This document shows, one piece after another, positions 1 to 9,952 of a stretch of 64,000 bases of DNA. Every line of letters starts with the position of its first letter. Positions within the stretch are counted from its first letter, which is position 1. The stretch comes from a virus (taxonomy: Duplodnaviria > Caudoviricetes), in IMG/VR virus record IMGVR_UViG_3300031965_000015, positions 6,530 to 70,529 of that record, one strand, 5' to 3'. The notes beneath the pieces were generated by a model. The model was not told the DNA's origin. It searched no databases and saw nothing but the letters and a program-made list of their open reading frames with translations. A program made the position numbers and the translations under genes.

Positions 1-132
1 TATCCTTACTGATTTGCTTTTGCAGATTGAGCATTCTATTTCAGGGGATGAGTTTATTCCTTTAAAATGTTCTTCCGGCGTTTTGTTGTTAGGGCATTCT
101 TTGTTTGTGCATCTGAATTCGTAAAACGGCAT
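1..132 (-). CDS. FmdB-like zinc-ribbon protein (runs off left edge)
   Basis: Manual translation MPFYEFRCTNKECP...ECSICKSKSVRI; MPxYE(Y/F)xC..C pattern. Confidence 0.7.
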   Translation of the reverse strand, partial: MPFYEFRCTNKECPNNKTPEEHFKGINSSPEIECSICKSKSVRI

Positions 133-181
133 TAGTCTATTACCTCCCGAACTCTGATTATTTTTACATTACCTTCATTGT

Positions 182-646
182 TCATTTTCTGAATACTCCA
201 TTTCTTATAGTTTGTGCTATCTTCTTATAGCCTAATTTGAATAAATATTTATCTACCGGTTTCTGCATAGGCAAATTATTTTCACATAAAATAAATTCAG
301 GCTCAAATGTCATAGTCTTTAAAATCTCTAACTCAATCCCATCTACATCAAGATCGAGTAAATCATAATCTCTGTACCCGCTTATATCAATTACCGTATC
401 TCTTATAAATTTATCTCTCGGCCTGATGTACTTGAATCTTCGGATTTCTCTTATATCTATACAAGTTCCACTCCATCCCATTAAGTAAAGCAAAAAAGTG
501 TTTGATGATTTTATTGGCGTTGAACATCCTATATCAAGATAAGTCCCCTTTGGGGGTAATACTTCTCTTAATATCCTGTCCTCTCCTTCCATACTCCCAA
601 TGTTAAGAAATAATTTAACGAGTTTATTGGTAAAGTATTCCAGCAA
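182..646 (-). CDS. FkbM-like SAM-dependent methyltransferase (compact)
   Basis: YLDIGC motif I; DLLDLDVDGIELEIL resembles the FkbM D-x-EG-E motif. Confidence 0.7.
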   Translation of the reverse strand: MLEYFTNKLVKLFLNIGSMEGEDRILREVLPPKGTYLDIGCSTPIKSSNTFLLYLMGWSGTCIDIREIRRFKYIRPRDKFIRDTVIDISGYRDYDLLDLDVDGIELEILKTMTFEPEFILCENNLPMQKPVDKYLFKLGYKKIAQTIRNGVFRK

Positions 647-665
647 CTTTTATTCCCTTCCTGTT

Positions 666-1649
666 TTAATATTCTTGTATCCCTTTTAGGTCTATTGAAA
701 GTCTTACTATCTCCCCATTTAATAATTTTTCTTTATTCTTTTTTATTATACGTTGTATCTCAATGGGAAAGATATCAAAGTGCCCTCCTCTTAATGCGTA
801 ATAATCTAATCCTAATTTTATTGTGTGCCCCTCTGCGATTGCATTTATAAAAGCATCAACAAATTTTGGTTTATATTCAAGTGCGTGTCCGTTTGAATAG
901 TAGTTGCTTACATGAGCATTTGTTGAAAAGTGGAATTCTCCGGCTTCCCTCCAATCAGAATATTGAACTTCGTTTGAATACCACTTACTATATTTGTTTG
1001 ATGGGAAAAATGATAAGCATATCCCGATAATTATCCAGTAAGCTATTCTTACCCAGTTATCGGAATATTTTTTTTCTGTTATCCACAATACCGCTGCCAA
1101 TGCCGGGATGTATAACATTCTTACACCGTAACTCATTGCTCCTAAATCTTCCCTGCTTAAATATATTACTGCACCAATAGCCAATAGCACTAATGAAATT
1201 TTCCATTTATCTTTTTTAAACTTAATCCCGATTACAGATAAAGGGTTTGTAAGAATTCCGGTTATATTAAAGTACCACCATCTCCATCCTAATACCATAA
1301 ACAATCCTATGAATGCGTATGGTCTTGCTATTCTACTCCAGAAAATAAATAGCGGGAATACTGCTGTAAATAAACTTGCCTGTAATTTGTAATTCTTTAC
1401 CGCTATATAAACTGCCGGGATTGTCAGTGTACCTGCAAGTGCAAATATAAATCTTAGCATAAATTCTGATTCATAAAGTCCGAACATATTAACTAAAAAT
1501 ACTGTGGGGTATTCCTGCTTCATTATATAATCTTCTGCAAGGTGAGCAAAGAAAGCCTCATCTATCCATAATGGTTTTTCTCCAAGATCATAGAATCTTA
1601 AAACTCCTGCAATGAGTGTTATTAAAATTATTAGAGCGTGCTTCTTCAT
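666..1649 (-). CDS. GT-C fold membrane glycosyltransferase (PMT/ArnT-like)
   Basis: N-terminal TM followed by LRFYDLGEKPLWIDEA, LRFIFALAGTLTIPAVY and SRIARPYA; multiple TM segments. Confidence 0.75.
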   Translation of the reverse strand: MKKHALIILITLIAGVLRFYDLGEKPLWIDEAFFAHLAEDYIMKQEYPTVFLVNMFGLYESEFMLRFIFALAGTLTIPAVYIAVKNYKLQASLFTAVFPLFIFWSRIARPYAFIGLFMVLGWRWWYFNITGILTNPLSVIGIKFKKDKWKISLVLLAIGAVIYLSREDLGAMSYGVRMLYIPALAAVLWITEKKYSDNWVRIAYWIIIGICLSFFPSNKYSKWYSNEVQYSDWREAGEFHFSTNAHVSNYYSNGHALEYKPKFVDAFINAIAEGHTIKLGLDYYALRGGHFDIFPIEIQRIIKKNKEKLLNGEIVRLSIDLKGIQEY

Positions 1650-2233
1650 TAATTAATACTGAATTTTATTTCTCTTCTTGCCTTTTCAATAGCTTCTCTA
1701 AGATTAGGACTGAAACATTTTTTACACCATAAGGTTTTCTTAATTACAAAGTCGTGCTTAATCATCTTTGCAAACTTCATTGATATGTCCCAGTTATTTT
1801 CTTTATCATCACTTAAATCTTTTGTTGCTATACTTATTAACATATCAAGAGGTCTTTTCATATTTAAAGGTAACTGCATCAGCTTTATTATTTCATCAGG
1901 GATTAATTCGGGTGTGTCGTCAATGTAAGAGTTTATTACTCCGGCTATTTGTTCTGTGGTTATTTCTGATTGAGTGATTATCTTCCCGGTGTTTCCCTTC
2001 CCGTAACACGCTTTACAATTAGTATCGGTTAGTTCCTGCAGCCATATTATTCCCGTCTCTCCTTTGCTTAATCTAAACTCTCTTAGTTTCTGCTCTGTTG
2101 GGAAGTACCATATCCCTTCAATGTTTGTTGGTGAGTTTGGAGGATTGCACATTGATGGTTCAACTAAACAGAATATTATTTTTTTATCTGTTTCATCTTG
2201 AAGGTTTAAAAGATTAGGAATGTTATTAATCAT
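1649..2233 (-). CDS. Hypothetical protein with CxxC pairs
   Basis: ORF track; CKACYGKG and WCKKC. Confidence 0.6.
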   Translation of the reverse strand: MINNIPNLLNLQDETDKKIIFCLVEPSMCNPPNSPTNIEGIWYFPTEQKLREFRLSKGETGIIWLQELTDTNCKACYGKGNTGKIITQSEITTEQIAGVINSYIDDTPELIPDEIIKLMQLPLNMKRPLDMLISIATKDLSDDKENNWDISMKFAKMIKHDFVIKKTLWCKKCFSPNLREAIEKARREIKFSIN

Positions 2234-2453
2234 TATTTTTCTTCCCGATAAACCCTGACCATATCGGTTGTTCAGTCCAATATGCTGTTGCCATCGCTTT
2301 GCCCAGTCTATATCTCCATATAATAATTTTTGCTTTTTCAGATTCGGGTTCTTCGATTAAAATCTTTATCTGATTTCGTAGTTTTTCATTCTCTTTTTTT
2401 AATGATTCATATTCTGGATAAAGAATATTTAATAACCGCCTGAAGAACTTCAT
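2226..2453 (-). CDS. Hypothetical protein
   Basis: ORF track; translationally coupled. Confidence 0.6.
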   Translation of the reverse strand: MKFFRRLLNILYPEYESLKKENEKLRNQIKILIEEPESEKAKIIIWRYRLGKAMATAYWTEQPIWSGFIGKKNND

Positions 2454-2492
2454 TTTATTCCCTCTTTTAAATCTATAAGGTTTGGGATGTTG

Positions 2493-3137
2493 TTAATCAT
2501 TGTTCTTAAAGTCTTTGGTTTTTAACTTAGTTATTATCCTTTCGCCTTTGCGATTAAATAAATCGACTGCTGGTCTGGCGACAATTCCTTCTGCGTTAAA
2601 ATCTCCCCAAGTTGATTTAAACCCCCCTTGAACTTTTTCTATCATTGTGGCGAGTGAACCAAAACCAATTACCGGAACCATTTCTATACCAAAATGTTTT
2701 GCAACATCTTCAACATTCTCCCTTTCAAGCCACCAGTCACCAACCTTCACATCAAATAAAACAAAGTCTTGGTCTTGTCTATAATTACCACCACCTTTTT
2801 GAATCTTAGCACCATAACCTTCCCCATATAAGCAAACCCGTGTTGGCTCAATACCAAATATTTCTGTGAACTTCCCTGCCTGTGTTAAAAACCTATCTTG
2901 TAATTTTTTGACTAACGGGGATGGTATTTGTGCATTATCTGTTTTGCCTCCAAATGTAATTGTGTTACCATCATACATCACCCGGATATTTGTCCCATCC
3001 ACTTTCTCTGTGTAAATCCAATCATTGTTTTGTAAGTAACCAAATTCAGGCAAGGAATATTCTCCCATCAAAAGAGTTTTCATATTTGTAGCGGGGTCTC
3101 TTTTGAAGATTGTTTGTATTTTATGGTATTCTTTCAT
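2493..3137 (-). CDS. RNA ligase (Rnl2-like nucleotidyltransferase domain)
   Basis: Motif I EKVDGTN, YGEGYG, FDV, EGIVARP, ITKLK. Confidence 0.85.
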   Translation of the reverse strand: MKEYHKIQTIFKRDPATNMKTLLMGEYSLPEFGYLQNNDWIYTEKVDGTNIRVMYDGNTITFGGKTDNAQIPSPLVKKLQDRFLTQAGKFTEIFGIEPTRVCLYGEGYGAKIQKGGGNYRQDQDFVLFDVKVGDWWLERENVEDVAKHFGIEMVPVIGFGSLATMIEKVQGGFKSTWGDFNAEGIVARPAVDLFNRKGERIITKLKTKDFKNND

Positions 3138-3322
3138 TTTTCCTCCTGTGTTATTATCTCATATAATTTATTGGCTTCTATTTTATTAAAGTACCAGGTG
3201 AAGTCTTTCTCTTTACCCGATAGGTTTATTTCAACTCCGCAGGTTATTTTACGCTTGTATGCCTTGTGTATCTTTTTTATCATATCAATAAATCTTTCAT
3301 CTGAATCAATGGTTAAGGTCAT
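3134..3322 (-). CDS. Hypothetical protein
   Basis: ORF track; ATGA overlap. Confidence 0.55.
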   Translation of the reverse strand: MTLTIDSDERFIDMIKKIHKAYKRKITCGVEINLSGKEKDFTWYFNKIEANKLYEIITQEEK

Positions 3323-3357
3323 AGTTTTTTCTGTTTATTATCAAGCAATTTGGTTGT

Positions 3358-3717
3358 TTAGTTGAAAATATTTTGTTTTGCTTCTTCAATAATCTTTTTC
3401 CTAATTTTCTCAGCTTCTCCCATTGCAAAGTTTGAGTTAATATAAAACAAAGAGGGAGAATGTCTTATAAACCGAATATAGCGTTGCACTATTTTATTAC
3501 TTTTAAGTTTTGCTTTTGTATTATATTCGTTTGCAAGTTGTTCGTTATCAAAGAAGATATGAAGCATTGCGTGACAAAACTTATGAACTTTTATTGTTTT
3601 ATTTACAACGCCAAATATCTTTACCCCATTATGTCTCAGTCTTTGTTGCCGAGGTATAAGATGATGCTTTGTTACCGTATTATTTATCATTGGGAGGTTG
3701 CAAATTTCACAGTTCAT
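3358..3717 (-). CDS. HNH endonuclease-like protein
   Basis: CEIC...TKHHLIP...VHKFCHAMLH. Confidence 0.75.
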   Translation of the reverse strand: MNCEICNLPMINNTVTKHHLIPRQQRLRHNGVKIFGVVNKTIKVHKFCHAMLHIFFDNEQLANEYNTKAKLKSNKIVQRYIRFIRHSPSLFYINSNFAMGEAEKIRKKIIEEAKQNIFN

Positions 3718-3729
3718 ACGTAGTTAGCC

Positions 3730-3930
3730 TTATTTTGAATATTGATTCTTTATTTTATCGTCAAACTTTTCTTTTATCTCCCTGTTCTTATAAGCATATT
3801 TTACTTTGTTGGTGAATGCTCTTATTCCTGTGAATATGTTTTTGAAACTTCCTTTTATTATCAGGATGATTAAAAGTGTCCCCAGGTAGTGATATAAATC
3901 CATAAAGATGAAGTGTAATATTTCTATCAT
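3730..3930 (-). CDS. Hypothetical membrane protein
   Basis: One hydrophobic segment. Confidence 0.55.
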   Translation of the reverse strand: MIEILHFIFMDLYHYLGTLLIILIIKGSFKNIFTGIRAFTNKVKYAYKNREIKEKFDDKIKNQYSK

Positions 3931-4148
3931 TCTATTCCCTCCTCTGCTGATACGTGGTTGTCTTCTTTTTCCTCATTCATTCCAAGTTCTATCAGAAGAT
4001 TATTAAAAGGTACAAATACCTTTTCGTTGTAATCTCCCAATAGCTTTACTGCATCAAGTGAATCTTTTTCTTTTAGATGAAGTTCAAAGTCCTCTATTTG
4101 CTTTTGTACTTCTGTGAGGTTCTGGGTGAGTAGTTTTAGTTTATCCAT
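3927..4148 (-). CDS. Hypothetical coiled-coil protein
   Basis: ORF track; ATGA overlap. Confidence 0.6.
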   Translation of the reverse strand: MDKLKLLTQNLTEVQKQIEDFELHLKEKDSLDAVKLLGDYNEKVFVPFNNLLIELGMNEEKEDNHVSAEEGIE

Positions 4149-4197
4149 CTTTCTCCTTCTTGTTTTGTTTTGGATTAAAAGATTCTTTGTTTAAATC

Positions 4198-4854
4198 TTA
4201 ATTTCTCATTGAACTCGGCACTACCGGGAATTCGTGCTTTCCGTGATGATCGTTAGCGTGCCTGATTTCGTTATGCCTCGTTATGTTGCCGAAGTGCTTA
4301 TCACATTTTTTACAATATCCGTGGTTTAATTCTGTTGTTTCTTCTTCGGCTGATTCATTTTGCTCTGGCTTAGGCATATACTGAGCTTTTATTCCTTCGC
4401 CATTGAACCATTCTTTTAATCCGTAATATTTTATTTCTTTAAGCACTATATCTTTTATTTCTTTTCTATATTTCAAATCTGCTATGGCTACATGGAAAGA
4501 GTTGTTGGTATATTTTTTTTGATGCTGTTCCTCAAACTGTTTCCTGATTTGTTCTTTTGTTAATACAGAATTTTCTTTGGTGAGAATATCAACTGTTAAT
4601 CTTACAAACTTCGGGGTTTTCTTTTCTTTACTTCTCCTTTCGGCAGTAACTTCTCCGGTTGAGCGTTCTTTCTTTTTTACTTTTTCTTTTACTATCGGCT
4701 TTTCAGAATAATAGTTTGTATTTAACTCCTTGGCTAACCTTGCTATCTCCTGCCATCTTTTCAGTTCGTATGTATGGTGTTGAATCTTTTCTTCTGCAAT
4801 TTTGAGGATTGAGGTAGTGGCTTCGTTCTCTGTCATATTAATCTTCTGTCTCAT
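4198..4854 (-). CDS. Putative DNA-binding protein (winged-helix-like core plus C-terminal C2H2 finger)
   Basis: LTKEQIRKQF...SFHVAIADL...YYGL; CKKCDKHFGNITRHNEIRH. Start may be ATG at 4836. Confidence 0.55.
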   Translation of the reverse strand: MRQKINMTENEATTSILKIAEEKIQHHTYELKRWQEIARLAKELNTNYYSEKPIVKEKVKKKERSTGEVTAERRSKEKKTPKFVRLTVDILTKENSVLTKEQIRKQFEEQHQKKYTNNSFHVAIADLKYRKEIKDIVLKEIKYYGLKEWFNGEGIKAQYMPKPEQNESAEEETTELNHGYCKKCDKHFGNITRHNEIRHANDHHGKHEFPVVPSSMRN

Positions 4855-5251
4855 AATCTTCCCTCTCTATTCCGAGATAGCGGGCTATTTCTTTTATACG
4901 GGACTCAATGCCTTTGAGATCATCATATCTTTCGGGAGAGATACTATTTGAATCTATTTTATGATTTATAAAAACATCCATGTCTATTATCATTGAAATT
5001 AAGTGGTCTTTTGCTTTGCTTATATCCGTTTTTTCTTTTCTTATGAAATAAGACTTTTTATTATCCCACGAAGCTCTTAAGTTTGATATACACTCAACAA
5101 GTTTATCCCTTTCATAACAGCTAAACCCCAATTGAATATCAATCTCTGCCAATTCCTTAAATAATGTCTTCCAGTCACAAGGCTTATTGTCTATGAGTTT
5201 TCCTATCAAGTTGCCATAATAGTTATATTTTTCCCAGTAATAATTTTTCAT
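4838..5251 (-). CDS. Hypothetical protein
   Basis: ORF track. Confidence 0.6.
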   Translation of the reverse strand: MKNYYWEKYNYYGNLIGKLIDNKPCDWKTLFKELAEIDIQLGFSCYERDKLVECISNLRASWDNKKSYFIRKEKTDISKAKDHLISMIIDMDVFINHKIDSNSISPERYDDLKGIESRIKEIARYLGIEREDYETED

Positions 5252-5252
5252 A

Positions 5253-7391
5253 TCAATTCAACTGAAATTGTTTTTTATCTTTCTTCCCATTGTTCCCGTT
5301 GTTCTTGAACTGTCCTAATACATTGTCCTTTGCCATCTGCTTAATCTCAAGCATTTTTTTCTGGTTGTCCAATACAATCCCTTCTACTTCTGCTTTTTTC
5401 TCAGCTATGCCAAGTTTTATCATTATTTGCTGTACCTGTTGCATTAGCTGTTCCAGTTTTTGTTGCTCAGGGCTTCCACCCTCTGCCTGTTGCCACGCTT
5501 CAAGTATCTTCTTAGCATAAGGGAAAGAACCTGCTTCAACTAATATCGGAAGCATTGCATCTGCTTTTTTAGGATTAATCTGTACTACTGCATCAAAGAG
5601 TTCTGCCATCTTTTGGAATTCTATTTCTTTTGCGTTACTTGTGTACGGGGTTTTATCGAAAACAAAATCAAACTCTCCTGCAGTAATGTCATTCTTAATC
5701 TTCATTACAATGGCTCCCTTTTCAGGATCATAAGCAAATACCTTCTGATTTACTGCCATATCAAAATCCGGCTCACCTGAAATATCTTCCGTTATCCTGA
5801 ATATCCTCTGGGTTGTTACATTATATTGAATTAAAGCCCAGCTGTATTCCGCTACTGCTATTTGTGAGTTGTCGCTGTTATCAAGTAAATGACCGAATGA
5901 TTTCTCCTGTTGATTCTCTCTTGCTATAAAATGCTTGGCTGATTTCTCCTGCGGGTCTGATCTTCCTTTTAATGCTGCACCTGCCTGACTCAAGTGTTCC
6001 ATAAGTAATGGCATTTCTGATATGGTCCTGATTAAATCCGGTGATACCTGCTGCAATTGTTCGGCTTTAATCTGATTCATATATCCGGGCCTGGTTCTTT
6101 TGTAAGTTGCTAATCTTCCTGACTGCCAGTCCTCTTCGTATCCGTCTATTGCGTTTGCGTCCATTATCCAGCCTGCATTGGCATATTTCCACATCAATTC
6201 AATGTTAAGGCTCATTGCTTTATTAAACTGAGATTGAGGATCAATTAAATCATCAATTACACTATGAGATTTGAATATGTCTGCATGGTAATCATAACAG
6301 TAATCCGGGATGTAACAGAATGTTTTGCTTTTGTAAGGATATGGCTGCTCGTTTACTTTTAATCTGAATGCCGGTATTACTGCGGTTACAAATCTTTTGG
6401 TTTCAAGTTCTTCTCTCGGCTCATCTGCGTCAATCGAATATCTTTCTTTAATCCCGGTTAAGATTTCATTATCGTAATTCATTCCATCGTGGGTTAATCC
6501 TGCTTTAGCTTTGTATTCCCACTGGTAAACATCTGTAACATCAATTCTCTTTTGTCTTTTACGATCATTGTAAATTAATCTCAGTTCAGTTCTCTTTTCG
6601 TGAAGTTCTAATACATCAAATTTTCCCGAAAATGGATCAAACCAGTTTAAGAATTTACTTTCTAATTGGCTCTGCTGATTTGTTGCTACTTCATAAACTG
6701 CCGATAACATACTTTTTAGTTTTCTTGTGAGCCACTTGCCTCTGTCCTTATCCTGTTCAAAGAATAAATTAGCTTCATTCATTATTGCGTTCCTCATCTC
6801 AGGGTCATTGGTAGCGTATTTATAAATTATATCTTCAACTGTCATCTTTGGTTTGTCGAAGATGTAATTTGCATACTGCCAGGTTGTGTCTGCATAGTTA
6901 GGCTCGAATCTTATTTCTCTGGGGTCACGGGTTGTTATCTCAAGCTCTCCCTGGTTATTATTTTCATAGTTCCACCTTATGTGATAAACTGAATACTTGG
7001 CTATGATTTTATTTATGAAGCTCTTTGATCTGTGCTTATCGAATTTTGTCTTGTCAAAGAAGTGCAACACAACTTGTGATACTACTTCTGCAAGTTCTGT
7101 GTCTGAACCTTTGCCGGTTGGTTTGGCTATTATTTTTTTACGGGTTCCAAGTTCAATGGCTGCTATTGCGTTTATTGCCTGAGTAATTAAATTGTAACTG
7201 CTGATGTTCCTTCCCTGTGCTTCCATTGCTCTTCTATGCTTTTCAAGCCATTGGGATCTGGCAACTGTAACATCAAATGCTCTTGTTTGTTCTTCGTTAA
7301 TATCATTGAAGATCGAGTCGAGGTTTGCGTACTTCCTCATCATATCAAAAAGCAAGTCGTCATCAATTAAATTCCAATTTCTGTTTTTCAT
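5253..7391 (-). CDS. Portal protein (P22/podovirus-like)
   Basis: 712 aa downstream of terL; DLIDPQSQFNKAMS, C-terminal Q-rich coiled coil. Confidence 0.85.
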   Translation of the reverse strand: MKNRNWNLIDDDLLFDMMRKYANLDSIFNDINEEQTRAFDVTVARSQWLEKHRRAMEAQGRNISSYNLITQAINAIAAIELGTRKKIIAKPTGKGSDTELAEVVSQVVLHFFDKTKFDKHRSKSFINKIIAKYSVYHIRWNYENNNQGELEITTRDPREIRFEPNYADTTWQYANYIFDKPKMTVEDIIYKYATNDPEMRNAIMNEANLFFEQDKDRGKWLTRKLKSMLSAVYEVATNQQSQLESKFLNWFDPFSGKFDVLELHEKRTELRLIYNDRKRQKRIDVTDVYQWEYKAKAGLTHDGMNYDNEILTGIKERYSIDADEPREELETKRFVTAVIPAFRLKVNEQPYPYKSKTFCYIPDYCYDYHADIFKSHSVIDDLIDPQSQFNKAMSLNIELMWKYANAGWIMDANAIDGYEEDWQSGRLATYKRTRPGYMNQIKAEQLQQVSPDLIRTISEMPLLMEHLSQAGAALKGRSDPQEKSAKHFIARENQQEKSFGHLLDNSDNSQIAVAEYSWALIQYNVTTQRIFRITEDISGEPDFDMAVNQKVFAYDPEKGAIVMKIKNDITAGEFDFVFDKTPYTSNAKEIEFQKMAELFDAVVQINPKKADAMLPILVEAGSFPYAKKILEAWQQAEGGSPEQQKLEQLMQQVQQIMIKLGIAEKKAEVEGIVLDNQKKMLEIKQMAKDNVLGQFKNNGNNGKKDKKQFQLN

Positions 7392-7645
7392 TTCATTGAC
7401 CTTTTTATAATTTCAAGTACAGACTCATAGTCTGCATCAATGTGATAAGTATTATCATATTGCATAAAATAAAGAGTGGTTCTCTTGCCAAAAGCATTTA
7501 TCCTGAATAGTGTATTGTCCGTAATGAAGAAAGTTGTCATTATTATATCTTCTTCTCTCTCAGGGTCAGGTAAGCCTTGCTCAAGTGCCTGGTTTACTTC
7601 CTTATAATTTTTAATGTAAACTACCGGGAGTTCAAATTGCTTCAT
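7388..7645 (-). CDS. Hypothetical protein
   Basis: ORF track; coupled to portal. Confidence 0.6.
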   Translation of the reverse strand: MKQFELPVVYIKNYKEVNQALEQGLPDPEREEDIIMTTFFITDNTLFRINAFGKRTTLYFMQYDNTYHIDADYESVLEIIKRSMK

Positions 7646-7854
7646 CTGTCAAAATTATAACTGGTTAATAATGCCTCAAGTTCTGATACCCTTCTTTCAT
7701 CTTTCTTGCTGAATCCGTGTCTTACTTTCCAGTCAATATCTTTTAACTCTTTCTCAGCTTCTTCCCTTGCTTTGGTTATTTTTCTTTCAGCTTTTATTTC
7801 AGCTAATCTTTTTTCTATTTCTTCAAGAGGAAGTTTTAGGTCATTCATTTCCAC
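7642..7854 (-). CDS. Hypothetical protein
   Basis: ORF track. Confidence 0.55.
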   Translation of the reverse strand: MEMNDLKLPLEEIEKRLAEIKAERKITKAREEAEKELKDIDWKVRHGFSKKDERRVSELEALLTSYNFDR

Positions 7855-8059
7855 ATCCTTCGGTATCGCAATTTGGATAGTTCGGGCAGCCGAGATGTTC
7901 TATGTCATATAAATCTTCATCACTATAAATGGGTGTTTCTTCGGTGTTTTCTTTCATTCTGGCACTTTTAAGCCTTTGTAAGCCCTTCAATGTCCCCATT
8001 TTTCCTTTTCGCTTTGACTTCTGAGTAGGACCGCTTTCGTTTTTAATCTGTTTTCGCAT
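7841..8059 (-). CDS. Hypothetical protein, Cys-rich tail
   Basis: LGCPNYPNCDTEGC. Confidence 0.5.
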   Translation of the reverse strand: MRKQIKNESGPTQKSKRKGKMGTLKGLQRLKSARMKENTEETPIYSDEDLYDIEHLGCPNYPNCDTEGCGNE

Positions 8060-8110
8060 ATTTGTTTTAATTGTTAAAGTGTTTTCTCGGTATTTCCTGA
8101 CACTTCCATA

Positions 8111-9952
8111 TCAGCTTTCCATAAATGATGGTGCTTTTTGTAACTCAGGATGAAGTTTCTTTAACCATTTGGGTGCGTTGTCAATTATTGGCGGTTTATA
8201 ATTAGGCATCCATAAATGAACTCTTATCATAATCATACTTGCAATAATCCTATCATCAAAGCACTTGGTTCCGGGATCGGTATCTTTATCCTGTGCCTGC
8301 ATCTTTCCTTTTGCATTTCTTACAAAGGTTAATGCTTCCTGCCAGTATTCTTTTTCATAATCAATGAAGGTTCCTTCTCTTATCCATTCTGATAATTCAT
8401 TTAATGCGGGTGTTCTTGTGGTCTGCGTGGTTTTGAATCCGAGCAAATCTCCCCCTGTTTCAACATAACCTTTTTTAAATTCCTGCGCCCAATAAAGATT
8501 AACTCCCAAATCCCTTGCTTTGTAAATGGTTGAAAGTCCGTGATTGTTCCTCTCTATTCCAAACCAACATAGTCCTTTCAAATATGTTTGTAATTTATGG
8601 TGTTCAATACCGAATAAATCTGGTGCTGTGTGACCGTGCCAGGTTATAGCCACTTTCATAGTTTTACGATCCAGAATCTTTATCGCATCATAATCGCCCT
8701 GTTCCAGTCCTTCGGCTACATCTGATCCTGCTGCAAATCTGTTTTTCTCTCCTGATGATATTTCGATTTTGTCATATATTTTTACATATCCGCCAACTTC
8801 CGAAACAAACTTTATTTCTTTCAAGTGTTTTAATAAATCATAATACCCGCTTTTACCTTCAGTAATGAGTGCTTTGTATGCTTCTGTTTCATCATAAACA
8901 GGATAAAGGTTTCCTATTGCTATTGGCTGCCTCCCTGCATTCTCTAATATTCTTGCGGTTGTTAAATTCTCATTGCATACTTTTGAATCAAATACTGGTC
9001 TGCCTGATGCTACAAATGCTTCAACATCATCTCTTGGATATTCTTGGTGGAATGTTTTTACATCTTTCTGGCAAGTGTTTACAATCGTAAATCTTCGCCA
9101 ATTTAATTGTTCAAGTGTCGCATTATATTTGTCTTTTAGTAATATTTCTTCATTTTCATATTCGTTAAAGAGATGATTTTTGCCGAGGTCTCTTAATAAA
9201 TTCTGTCTTTCTGTCTCGTTATTAAATGGTTTTGAATATTTAGGAAAGTCCAGCCATGATAAAAATATCGGTATATATTCTGATAATGAGTTCGGCTCTT
9301 TTGCTTCCCAGTACATATTATAAAACTCATCACCAATTCCATTCGCTGTTGACTCAATTACAATAATCTTTGCGTATTTGGCAGCCTGCAGAAGTGCCCC
9401 AAGTGTTTTTTTAGCATCAGGATAAAAAGCTACTTCTGTTAAATGGAGTAATTGGAGAGTGTCTGATCTTCCTACTTCCCCCTTCCCTGCTGTTGCAACC
9501 TTATTCTCACATTGATTTGCTAAATACTTTTTCTTTTTCTCATTGCTGAATTCAAGTGTTGGTTGTAAATATTTCGGCAGTTCCTTGTAATAGACATCGT
9601 ACATATTGAAAAGATTGTTCGAACTATCAAGTTCGTGCCCCATTGTTAATGCTCTTAGATTTGCACTTACATACAGGACAATAAAAAATATAGCTTGTAT
9701 AAGTGTGCTTATTCCCTGCTGCCTTGCTTTCAAAATTATTAACCTAATTGGTTTGTTTACTCTTAATAATGGTATTATTAACTCAAGAATTTTAATTTGT
9801 GATTCATTAGGAATTAACGGTATTATTTCTCCTGTTTCTGTCCGTATCCTTAAAAACTCCTTCAGCGTGGATATTATATCCCCAAAGTTTTGAAATTGAG
9901 AAATACATCGTTCCAATTCCTTTATTTTTAATTCTCTCTCTTTTTCTGTCAT
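8111..9952 (-). CDS. terL: Terminase large subunit
   Basis: ILKARQQGIST Walker A-like, LHLTEVAF Walker B, IESTANG, GSDVAEG and DDRIIA nuclease motifs. Confidence 0.93.
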   Translation of the reverse strand: MTEKERELKIKELERCISQFQNFGDIISTLKEFLRIRTETGEIIPLIPNESQIKILELIIPLLRVNKPIRLIILKARQQGISTLIQAIFFIVLYVSANLRALTMGHELDSSNNLFNMYDVYYKELPKYLQPTLEFSNEKKKKYLANQCENKVATAGKGEVGRSDTLQLLHLTEVAFYPDAKKTLGALLQAAKYAKIIVIESTANGIGDEFYNMYWEAKEPNSLSEYIPIFLSWLDFPKYSKPFNNETERQNLLRDLGKNHLFNEYENEEILLKDKYNATLEQLNWRRFTIVNTCQKDVKTFHQEYPRDDVEAFVASGRPVFDSKVCNENLTTARILENAGRQPIAIGNLYPVYDETEAYKALITEGKSGYYDLLKHLKEIKFVSEVGGYVKIYDKIEISSGEKNRFAAGSDVAEGLEQGDYDAIKILDRKTMKVAITWHGHTAPDLFGIEHHKLQTYLKGLCWFGIERNNHGLSTIYKARDLGVNLYWAQEFKKGYVETGGDLLGFKTTQTTRTPALNELSEWIREGTFIDYEKEYWQEALTFVRNAKGKMQAQDKDTDPGTKCFDDRIIASMIMIRVHLWMPNYKPPIIDNAPKWLKKLHPELQKAPSFMES

